DNA of 64,000 nt, filler included, from Rhabdomonas costata (lineage: Eukaryota): the NCBI GenBank assembly GCA_019059605.1. It is 19 parts of 19 records of this genome, joined end to end, with 100 filler letters (N's around TTAATTAATTAA, not from the genome) between each part and the next. Parts side by side here need not be neighbours in the genome. Positions count along the whole stretch, not along the records: positions 37,125 to 40,400 come from JAHMHO010001083.1; positions 40,501 to 43,775 come from JAHMHO010001084.1; positions 43,876 to 47,147 come from JAHMHO010001085.1; positions 47,248 to 50,542 come from JAHMHO010001086.1; 15 more parts are not named here. One strand, 5' to 3'. Position 1 is the first letter of the stretch; every line of letters begins with the position of its first letter. Shown here piece after piece: positions 37,125 to 48,245 of the stretch. The translations under genes and the position numbers were made by a program. The notes beneath the pieces were generated by a model. It searched no databases, was not told where the DNA came from, and worked only from the letters and a program-made list of their open reading frames with translations.

Positions 37125-38200
37125 GTTTGTGAGCCTTTATTGCAGGACTTGCGTGGCATGTCAACAGGCCAAGGCACAACATCATCTTCCACATGGAACA
37201 ATTGTATATGTCTATGAGTCAGTGACAGTCCAATTCCTTAGACAAGAGGAACCTGCTGAAGATCAAAACGTCACAGGGGCAGACTTTTAACCAGGTGCTG
37301 ACCGTTACGGACGGCGATAGAAAGCAGGTGATCTTGATTCCCTGCTTTTAAAAAGTGAAGGCACCTGCTTTTAAAAAGTGGCAGAGCTCTATTTGCACTA
37401 TGTGGTGCGACACAACGGATTGCCCTCCAGCATCATTTCCGACATGGAAATCAAGTTCACGAGCGCTTTGTGTAAGGCCCTGTCAGAGATAATGGAAATC
37501 AAGCAGCGGATGACGACCCCGTTCCATCAGCAGGCAAACGTCTCCGCGGATAGAACTAACCAGACAATGTCACAGGTGCTGCGGACAATTGTTCTCGTCA
37601 CAATGAAGGAAGTAGTGGATCGTATGCTGACCAAATTGATTCCACTGCTGGATTTGTTAAGATTGCTACCAACAACGTCCATCTCGGAGCCAGATAGCTC
37701 AGGCTATACTTCTTGAACATGGGCAACCACACTAGTTCTTTGACGTCCCCAACTTCTACAAGGAGAGGCTAACCGGCGAGAGCACGATGAAGATCATGGA
37801 ATGGATTGCGCATATGAACTCCTACTGGGCCTTTTTGTGCCGTGCTCTGTACCATAAACTGGCAATGGCAGCGGAGTTCTGCAACTGCAATCAATCAATA
37901 TGTGGCAGCGCAAGGGCCATCGGAACTAGCTGTACACTGACCACTTGCACAGAAGGCCGTTGGTACGTAAACAATCAAGATGCAGATCACAAATAACACC
38001 TTTGACATTAACATCTCTGCCAACATCAGCAAGAATATGTGGCTCGTTTTCCATTCTGATCCATTCGATGCGATAAAATTTGACCCCTTTCTTCAGTCGT
38101 CACAACATCATTAGGATGATGACCCCATTCTTAAACGAAGGAACAACGGGAGCTTGAACAAGCACTGATGCTTCTACTGGGAGATTTCAATGCATGGATC
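37125..38200 (+). mobile_element. Decayed Ty3/Gypsy LTR-retrotransposon integrase
   Basis: VLTVTD...KQVILIP, HNGLPSSIISD..KFTS, TTPFHQQAN..ADRTNQTM.QVLR (rve core). A GPY/F-like remnant (EGP...NNTFDINI...VFH) at ~37950-38060 and a chromodomain-like remnant follow. Contains stops, frameshifts and a 17-bp duplication cctgcttttaaaaagtg. Confidence 0.88.
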
Positions 38201-40380
38201 AGGACTTTCATTCTCACGGTGCGCCTGCTGAAGGTGATGTGTCAATGCCCCCCACATCTGACAAGCAAACCTGTGTTCTTGTGGCAGTATATGGAACCTA
38301 GAGTTGTGAGTTCCGTTGTACCAGTGTAAGTTACTTTCTTTCATTTTGCTTGCACAGCGTTTGCACCACGTTTTATGCGCGCATGCCATGTGGGATGGAA
38401 CAAACTTCAACCACAGTCAGCAGGAGAGTACAAAGTCCAGTTAGTTGTGAGAGAGAATGGATATTTTGTGGAATGTGCCACACAACCAGTATCACGTGGA
38501 GTGCGTGTGAAAAAGCCTCAGTTTTTAAGGTTGCGCCAAAAGGATCAATAAATCTAACACGTTCACAGTTCAAAGTAGTTCAACGTCAAGAAATCACGCA
38601 GTTAAATGCTCTCAAATCTCAACAAGTGACACTTCAAGGTTCAATGGATGATAGCACCACCATAATTTTGATGAAAGAAATTCGCGATGTGACATCAATG
38701 CCGTTCACTATGATGACCCGTTTGTGGTGTATGCATTTCAGTGTGTCAATGCTGAGAGGATCAGGAAGATATCAAACCTTCCCCACAAGTTGGTGCGTTT
38801 AGATCGGGAGATAATTGTGCTTCAGATCCAACACTAACCACCGGAAGAGGCTGCCACACTTTCAGTGAGGAAGCAATGCATGTGATTGGTACTATTCGGC
38901 GAATGTGCGCAGCTCGCACAGCGGTTTAGTCCACTTCCAGTGATGGAGCACTATCTGAATGAGCAGGGCAGTTCCTCGCCCATGAAGACTGCATTGGAAC
39001 CACACCCCAGCTTTGTAAATGAGAAGAATGTGATGCTATGCCCCACACTGTTCCTGGAAATTTGCCAGAACTTTGTTATGGTTTCTCAGGAGGATCTGTT
39101 TGCAGTACAAAAATTGCGCAGTTACTATTGGAGGACCGGACGGCCGACGGCTACAACGTCTTCAACAACCACTGTTGAGCGGACCAAATCATTTTTCTAA
39201 ATCCCCCGTGGTCCTTGTTGGGCTGTGTACTTGACAAAATCCTCGCTTACCTGATCAGGATACTGTTTGTTGCACCGTAATGGACGGATGCCTCGTGTTA
39301 TAATAAGCTGAAAAGACTGAGGCGAGATCGGAAGTACTGGACGCAACCGTTGTACTTGGAAGACAATGACACGTTGAGGCGCCGACATATGTGGCCAACT
39401 GTCTTCTCATAGATCAATTCAACAGAGGATTGATAGTACCAGTGGAAGGGCATATGCTTTTTCATGTTCCCACAACATCTATTGAGAAAATGTGCGCCTT
39501 TCGCCATTTGTGGTAAGGCATTTGACGCTCATAGGCCCCCCGTCCAGTTAATGGCATCTATTTCGACTGTACTGTATGGTGTCCTTTGCGGCAACTTTCT
39601 CAACATTCGAGGCTACTGGCCCTTCTGCTTCGGACGGTTGGCCCGTAGGGACCGCCAAAATGATGTCCAAAGGCCTCTTGCGGCAATTTACGCAGAAAAA
39701 TAGCGCCACGGCCAGCAGTTTAGGAAGTTTTGTGGCAAAACGACATGGGATGTGACCAGAAATGTGGGTACCAAGACCTTTGGACGAAGTTTCATGACAA
39801 TTGGCACAAGAATGTGATGAATGCATATTTTCCATATTTTCTCTCATGACCTTCTGTGCATGGACAAAAAACAGAAAGAACACGGTGAAAGCACCCAGGG
39901 TGACTAAGACCTTTCCAGGAGGGCGCCACGTGCCTTCAAATCAGTGCTTAGGTCTGCTGCCATGGAGGTAGCTGGACACAACGCGCGAAGCGACCACCAA
40001 TCCTGAGTTCACCACCCAGTTCAACCTCATCCCGGGGAGCCGATTCGGTCAAGCGACCATTGCCCTTGAACAGCAACAACAACGGCGGCGGCACCAGCAA
40101 CAGCAGCGCCGAGATAACCAAAGAAACCAAAGATAACGGCCCCCCACCACCACATAACACCCGGTCACCACCGGTTTTCGGCTGGTGGCTTAGCGGAGCC
40201 CCCAGCGACAAAGGCGGAGTCCGCGGCGTACCGCCTGCTTTTGGAGGCCCCATTTCAGCAGAGGGGCAAACTGCACACCAACAGCAAATTTAAGCTTTTA
40301 AATGAGTTTGGCTAGCACTTTCGATTCGGAAACCACTCTTTACCAATCCGGTTCAGACGATGTTTGCCCGAGTAACTCCT

Positions 40381-40400
40381 AGAAGTGGGGGTGTCACGAA
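40381..40400 (+). mobile_element. Possible polypurine tract plus start of a 3' LTR
   Basis: AGAAGTGGGGG followed by TGTCACG at the contig end, downstream of and on the same strand as the integrase remnant. Confidence 0.4.
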
Positions 40401-40598
40401 NNNNNNNNNNNNNNNNNNNNNNNNNNNNNNNNNNNNNNNNNNNNTTAATTAATTAANNNNNNNNNNNNNNNNNNNNNNNNNNNNNNNNNNNNNNNNNNNN
40501 TGTTTTTGGTGTTACGCACTTTATTTTCTCTGACCAACGAATGTCCACCCCTGCGTCCCGCCCAACCATGGGATCGAATGAGTGGGCCTGACTTGCAG

Positions 40599-43500
40599 GT
40601 ACTTCTGTCCCGTGGGGGTTTCGTCGCCCGTCGCCTGCCCAATTGGAACGTACGGGAACTCCACTGAGCTGCGCGAGCCGGACGACTGCAGTGACTGCCC
40701 AGCAGGTCCCTGCTTAGATTAAACCCTTCCGTTTTCGTATTACTTTCAGTCAACACCCCATTCGACTTTAAAGGTGACATGCCGATGCATTTGCATTGTA
40801 AGGTCTCCTCAAACCATCCTTGGAGGCTGGTGTCTGAATTCTGCTCGGTTGTGGGTGGGAAAGGGCAATTTTTCCCGTCTGCTTCAGGTTACTACTGCGA
40901 CGGCATGGGACTTCCGTATCCCACGGGACCATGTATGCAGCCTTTGCCTCCTCCCACCCCCAGGAAAGAGAGGGGGAATGAGGGATAAGTCATGTTTACC
41001 TCACTTTTACGTTCGCCTCGTTTGCCCCGTTCATTTGCGGTGTATCATCCGCTCTTGCCGTCGCTGCTTCACCAGCGATGGGGTTCTCTCTGGGGTTCTC
41101 CTCTTTCAGGCGACCCTGGGTACTACTGCCTTATGAAAGCGTATACCTCCGCCCCGCCGGGGTACCCCACTGGAGGACTCTGTCCTCGAGGTCTCTTTGT
41201 TGTTGTTGTTTTTCACGCGCTCACGAAATTTCAACCAACATTATTTTCCAGTTTAAACAATGTAATGTCATTGTGTGATTTGGGAATGCTATGTTGCAGT
41301 CCCACTGCCTTTCTGATCTCTCGTCTCGACATTGCCTCTCAGGGGGGTACTGCCCGGTCGGCAGCAGCTACCCCACCGCGTGCAATGCGGGGCAGTACAA
41401 CAACTTCACCGGGGGCAAGACCGCAGCGGACTGCTCGGCCTGTGACCCTGGGTACTACTGCGCGGGCACGAATAAGCCCGAGCCCACGGGGCCCTGTGCT
41501 GGTTCTCTCTTCCTCCTAAGATCTCCCGTGAACTGCTCACACCCGCATCACCCGCATGACGTGTGGAAACGGAAGCGAGCTGACCCTTGCATCCCCAGAC
41601 CAGTCTCGTCTATTTTTTGGCGAGTGTTGTGTATTATACATTCGTGTGTCGTTTGTGCCCTTGTACCCGTCCAGCAATAACTGAGTGAGTGAGTGAGTGA
41701 GTGAGTGAGTGAGTGAGCCCCAACTCGAGGTGGGGTGTAACGACCACGTGATGCCAAAATATCTGACACTGCCACACACGAAGGTGCTTACCCCCACCTC
41801 AACGCACATATTGCTTCACAGGAGATAGTTGCAATGAAGTTGCTGCTATTCGTGTTTCGTTTGACCGCTGTTTCACGTAATTATGTCGTGTTCCTCCCTG
41901 ATTCCATCGCTCAGCAGACTGTTGCTCCTCCCCTGTTTGTATGCTCGTGATTTCCACAGGGGGGTACTATTGCACCGGGGGTGCGACGAACGCCTATCAG
42001 TACATCGCTATGCCCGGGCACTACGCTCCTCCCGGCTCGCCAAACCAGATCGAATGCCCCGCAGGGTCCTTCCAGCAGTCCCCTGCCGCCAGCAGCTGCG
42101 ACCCATGCCGGCCTGGGTACCTTGTGTCCTTTTGCAATGTGTTGTCGTAGTGGACTTGAATATTGTGGGGCCAAAGTCGGCGTAGAGTCATGGCATTGCG
42201 CTCTCGGGTATACTCGGTCACGGTTGCTTTGAAGCATGTTTTTTTTCATAACTATGCCATGAGTCGATAGTGTGATTACGGATGCAGGTTTGTCGTGGGT
42301 CGCTTCTGCATTCAGTGGAAAAACGACGTGCTTGTCGATTTTATTGGCGGTGAGTGAAGAGCGTTTCTCTTTTGTTTACTGTGTGCTTCAGGTTCTACTG
42401 CCCATATCAGGGCATGACCTACGGCATTCCCTGCCGCATTGGGGGGTACTGCCCCTCGGGGAGTGTCTACCCCACGTTCTGCCCCCCAGGTGTGAAGAGA
42501 TGTCCAGTTTCATGTCGTGGCGTGCCCAAATGAGCAGTGGTTCTCAATTCAAGAATAGCAGGATGCTACACAAGCACGGGCGTGCTCCCACCGACCGCAA
42601 GGTCTTTCCAAAACCGCTGTCTCAAATGGACTATTCGGCCTTTTAAGCGTCTGTGTTGCCCTCGATTGGGGTGAAGTGAAAATGAAGGGTGGGTTCTACG
42701 CCGTCATTGAGATTGAGTCCCGGGTGAATCTGTCCAGTAGCAACAAACCAACACGAGATCCCGACCGCGCACATTTTCATTTCATCAGTTTACAAAAAGG
42801 CTTTTGTTCCGGTGCGGTTCCTGGTTTCTAACCGTTTAGCCAGATGCCAGAAATGCCGGGAAGCTTGGTGCCGAAATTCACCCACGACTGTGTTTTAGAT
42901 TTTTCTGCGCTACAGTGCTACAGTGCTACAGTGAATGAATCTCCTGAATGGAATTTGCTCAGGAACTTACAACGACGAGATCAACAAAGAGAATGTCACG
43001 CAGTGCAAGTACTGCCCACCTGGTGTGTATGTTGCTTCCTGTTGGTCTTGTCGACCGCTAGCTGTGGTGCCCCCACTGCACGCTCCGGCTTCATATCTGA
43101 CATGCACGCAGCCGTGCTGCTATGACCAGCAAGCCTTTCTTTGAGTTGGATTAATTTCTCGGAAGTGCTTTTTCGGGGGCTGTAGGGATGTACTGCTCCG
43201 GCTCGAACAACACCGTCCCCACGGGAACCTGCTCGGCAGGGTACTGGTGCCTCCAGGGCTGTGACTACTTCTTCTGCAACACCATGATCACGGGCAGCGT
43301 GGGAGGGGTTTGCCCCACCGGGCATTACTGCCCCAACGCCACGGCAGTCCCTGTGCCCTGCCCCGTAGGTGTGCCGTCCTCCTCTTTGAAGACTTTGGAA
43401 GCAGGGCATGACCAACCTAAATTTGGCCGACCTTTGCTCCCTCTAGCTTTTTTCTTGCTTCCCATTGTTGAAACGCTGGACTCCGGACAGCGTCTGGGTG

Positions 43501-43650
43501 GCACAATGGGTGCCGGAGTTCAGGTCAGGCTTTCGTTCAGTGTGCTTCACGAAGGTGCTTGCTTGAACGTGTTGCTCCGTCTTCCTGTAGGAACGTACAA
43601 CCCCTCACAAGGCAAGACTGCCGAGCGCGACTGCCAGCCATGCCGGCCAG
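40599..43650 (+). CDS. Large Cys-rich surface protein with GCC2/GCC3 (ephrin-receptor-like) repeats, partial
   Basis: Nine phase-consistent GT-AG exons: 40599-40705, 40888-40932, 41110-41190, 41343-41501, 41960-42116, 42392-42489, 42963-43022, 43186-43368, 43591-43650. Repeated CPxGxYC / CPxGTY motifs. Confidence 0.93.
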
Positions 43651-43971
43651 GTGTGCGTTCAAATATATATGTATATGTGTGTGGCGTGGTGTCCCCCCTC
43701 CTTCCCCGCTCGAGAAGGTCAGGTGCGCCTGGATGCACTGACCTGCACAGGCTTCTTTCGTTCAAACAACCACACNNNNNNNNNNNNNNNNNNNNNNNNN
43801 NNNNNNNNNNNNNNNNNNNTTAATTAATTAANNNNNNNNNNNNNNNNNNNNNNNNNNNNNNNNNNNNNNNNNNNNGGTTGGGGGGGGGGGAGGACACTAG
43901 ACAGGCACCCCCACTTCATCTGTGCTTCTGAATCATTAAAAACCCCACGCGAAGAAGCGTCGAAAGCATAC

Positions 43972-46815
43972 AAAGGCGGCTTTGTTGTCGCACCGGATCG
44001 TCGCCCCCGGCGCCCGAACGTTGACCGGCACTATTGCATGCAGCGTGGTCCCCTCCACGACTCCCGTCCGAGAAAAGTACCGCCGGAAAGCCCCCGCGGT
44101 CAGAGCGCACATCACGTCGTTCAGGGTAAAGTGCTCCCCTGAAAAAGAAAGCATAACCTTCACAGCCTCCACCTCTAAACCTTTGCATTGTTCATTTTCA
44201 CTCATTTTTCAGTTTCAGGGGTGACTTGGCTTCCTTCTTCTGATAGCACGCTCCACGAAAGCATCAATCGGTGGACAGAATTTGCCTTAATACATTCGCA
44301 AACACTCCTCATCCTCTGTTTAAAAGCCACATGTGGTGACCAGCTTCGCACAGCGCCAGGCGGGTAGTTTGCTGGCAATTTTTTTTGTCAAAACATTGCA
44401 AAATACATTTGTGAGGGCATCTGTGGGTCTAAATTCGTGTCCATGCATGTGTGTTAAAGTATGTGTATGTTGCCAGCTGGACTGATTATTGAGAGCTGCA
44501 TTGATGAACAAGCATGTGAAATTTCGAGATCAGCAGCATTAAACTTGGGGAATAGCCCAATCCCTTCGTTTCCGAGTACACCAGGTACACAGGGCGCGGA
44601 TATAAGGGCAAACACAAAATACACGATTTGGGACCTGCCCACCGAGAGGAGGGATTCGAGCATTCGGGGACACCACCCGATAGCTGTGCTGGGGGTAGCC
44701 CTGCTCTGGAGCACACAGCTCCACAAATCCAACACCAGTGCCCGTCTATGGATTCAAGAGATGGATTCAGTGCTTGTTCTATCCAATCTGTAGCCCCTCC
44801 TTCCCTTGAACCCATCCTTCACAACTACCAAAGTTCAGTTCGGTGGCAATATCATGCGTTTTTCTGAAATTGAGCTACAAAAAAAATAGAGCTGCTACCA
44901 CAACCCCTGTGTATCCCTTTGCTTTGGCAATATACAACAACGAAAACCTGTGGCTAGGCTCTTTTTCTGGCCAACTGCCTTGCCCTGGTCCACGGTGAGA
45001 AGACCGGACAGAATCGCGGTGCCCTTGCGACCGGACAGGGGGGCCTTCAAGACCGAAACAGAGTCGGGCCGCACAACACCGACAATGAAAAGGAAAACCT
45101 GCAGAATTTGCAAAGATGTGCAACAAAACAGCGAAGGCGTTCGCCAGTGTAAATCGCTTGCTGGATTTTTGCTTTGATCAGTTTTCATCACGTCAATGGA
45201 GGACAAAAGTCTCCAAAGAATGCGCAATTAAGCAATTTGCCCTCTCTCGCAAGCAAACAGGGATGCAGCAAAAGCCTGAAAAAAACGAAGGCGCCTCCTG
45301 CTCGGCATCTCCATTGCACAAGAGTTCATCAATATTCAGATATTCAGATTCATTTGAACAATGCAGAGCGGCAGGCAGAACAAGAAGAGAGGCAAGCGAG
45401 GTGCAACGGCTTTGCGACGAAAATTAGGATGCGCTGAGGGCACCGCTCCAAAAACGCGATCACTTCAAGCAAAAAGGGTGTACTGCGGCAGAAACTTCTT
45501 GCCCAGCTCCCTAACCATAGAATGGGGGAAGCACCCGCGAATACCCGAACTAGCGCGCAGCCCCAGAACAACCCCACGGTCCCCCACAAGGACACCGCCG
45601 TGCACAGCAGCACGGACTGCAGGCAGCCCTGTTCAAAGCTGATCACTGCGGTACACAAGGAGGAATGAAGCCCAAAAAGTCAACCAAACTTGCGGGGGCG
45701 GATGTTTCGCTACCCTTTGCGGACAAACTTAACATCATTGATATTTGATATTGTCACTGTAGTGAAGACCCCCATTTGATATTGTCACTGTAGTGAAGAC
45801 CCCCGTAGTGGTGATTTGATCCCTATAGGCCTATAGGAGGCCTATAGGCCTATAGGAGACAGAGAACGTGCCTTTCAAGAAAGAAAGCTGTAATAATTCA
45901 TCCCAAATCCTTTACCAGCGCATGTGGCCATTTAGTCTTCTTGCCATAATGACTACTATATATTGAGGGCTCAAGCCGAAGGGCCTCGGGTCTTATTTTT
46001 TGACCGTACAAACGAGGCAAAAAGTCTGCGCTGCAACCCTGCTTTTTCGAGCATTCATACTGTTTCACATGGCCCTTGGGGCATTTCCAAAAGTTTCTTG
46101 AAAACCCTATTTGCGTCCAAATGGGTGATTAGATCCGGAGGACTACTTTTTTCTCTCGAAAACCTGTCTAAGGTCAAATAGCGTTCGCGTTTTGTCACAA
46201 CACCCACACTTCCATGAGTGAAATCCCGGTGTCCACAGCGGTATGTATTTTGAACTAGCGACTTGCAGACTCGCGAGCAAGTGTAAGTACTGAGCGCAGG
46301 TTGCGGCATTTTCGTAAGGTCTTGTTTACAAGTGTCCACATGAATCCGATCCGTGCTATCTTTCCATCATACAGAAATTTTTGCACCCAAACCTCTTCGT
46401 TGACTTCCGGCAGATAGATTTTTCCTTTTCAGGATACACAGATCGAACTCCTTGCGCGAGAACCATGAAGCATGAAGCAACCTGCGCCGGAAAGCAACAG
46501 GGTCAGCCATGAGACGGCGAACAAGAACGGTGTGGAGGCTGCCGCTCCAGTCATTGGAGGGGCTACAACACAGCTGCTTGAACCTGTCGAGCATTGCAGG
46601 GTCTGATCTGCACAGCTCTGTGGACTCTTCGGGGAAGCAGCGGAGTCAGTGGGCAGGGGCTGACATGGAGGGGTCGCATTGGTGGAGACATCGGTGAAGA
46701 TGCTGCGGAAGACCATCACCAGCCCGGTGCCGTCGCAAATGCAGTGGTGCACCCGCCACAGTAGCACACAGCCGCCCCCCGGGACGTTGGAGATGCGGTA
46801 CATCCTCCACAGACA
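43972..46815 (-). CDS. Wax ester synthase/diacylglycerol acyltransferase (WS/DGAT, WSD family), partial
   Basis: Exons 46815-46584 (catalytic HHCICDG = HHxxxDG), 45645-45464, 45098-44948 and 44138-43972 (TLNDVMCALTAGAFRRY...PVNVR...DN). All GT-AG and phase-consistent. Confidence 0.93.
45743..45858. repeat. 31-bp tandem duplication plus four CCTATAGG palindromes, in a WS/DGAT intron
   Basis: atttgatattgtcactgtagtgaagaccccc twice (45743-45804). CCTATAGG at 45822, 45830, 45841 and 45849. Confidence 0.9.
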
Positions 46816-47593
46816 CTGCAAGGGACCCCCGCCCTTCTTTGTCCATCACCTTCAAAATTACGCCATCCCGAACGGCAGCGGGATTGTCAGAAAAATACAC
46901 TTGCATTGGAGACTCATCCCTGGGTTTGCATACGCTGGGTGGGCAGAAGAACATAATGAATACCACTGACGTTGGGGGGGGAGGGGTAACAGTTGCCATT
47001 GGTACCATTATTACCACTGGTGCCCCCGCGTGCTTTCTCTCCCCCTCCCCCCAGTTACAAAAGGCACAGTCTTGCACCAACCCTGACACAAAACCGGCGA
47101 GAGCGCACCTTTATGACTTACCAAACCCCACCAAACACACCCACCACNNNNNNNNNNNNNNNNNNNNNNNNNNNNNNNNNNNNNNNNNNNNTTAATTAAT
47201 TAANNNNNNNNNNNNNNNNNNNNNNNNNNNNNNNNNNNNNNNNNNNNGTGTTGTGGTGACTGACGTATCATACTGGTTGTGCATGTCCCACAAGTCAATA
47301 AACTAATCCTGCACATTTTCACTTGCATACACAAAAAAGGAGAAGTTTGGCGAAGTGCGAGGCCACCGTAAGCCATCGGTCGCCATAGTGCGCCATATGG
47401 TGGCCCTATTATTGGCCTTGCAGGGAGTTAGGTGGCAATGCCCCGAGGACTGTCGTGAGTCATCGTTCTCCATCGTGCGCCCTTGACGCCGTCCATACTT
47501 GGAGTATGGATAATGTGTGTGCGCACGCGGTTTTGGGGGGAACCCAGGACCGGCCACGCAGAGTTTCGGGAGGCCTGTCGTATATGCATAATA

Positions 47594-47852
47594 GGCATTA
47601 CTTTAGAATTGTACCCACGGCCAGGAACCCTAACCCTAACCGTATCCCTAACCCTAACGCTAACCCTATCCCTAACCCTAACCCTAACCCTAACCCCCAA
47701 AGGTAACGTCAAAGAAGCCAATAAACACATGTCACTGAAAGTAGCCGTCACGGATGAGCTCACATTTCCAAAAGATCATAAAGCGTAAGCATCTCTCTCT
47801 CTCTCAAAAAAGAACCTGAAGACAGAGGTGGGTACAATTCTAAAGTAACGCC
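47594..47852. mobile_element. 259-bp non-autonomous TIR element (Merlin-like MITE) carrying telomeric repeats
   Basis: 25-bp TIRs GGCRTTACTTTAGAATTGTACCCAC at 47594-47618 and 47828-47852 (1 mismatch). 8-bp TSD GCATAATA (47586-47593) / GCATAACA (47853-47860). About 12 (AACCCT) units at 47626-47698. Confidence 0.9.
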
Positions 47853-48245
47853 GCATAACAATACACCAGGCCTGCTTCCGCTTAGCCCTCGTAACGCCTC
47901 CTCTCAAGGTTCTGGAACCCTTCTTTGCAGATGCAGATATCGCAAGGCGGGAAGGATGCTCATTGTGAGTGTAAGCTGTGGTGCCGAACGGGGAATAGGC
48001 GCAAGAACATCTCAGAGGGGTCAAGCCAAGACAGACTGGGTTTTGCGGGTCCACTCAACGTTGCGGAAAACCCGTCTTTCGGACCTTAACTTTTACTATC
48101 GACGGGGTTTCTTTTCTTCAGAATTTGAGATATTACACATGACATATGACACACACACTCACACTCACACTCACACCAGGACTTCACAACAGCATCCACA
48201 GCATATATATCTAGTAGGTAGTACGTACATATCACCACCACTCAC

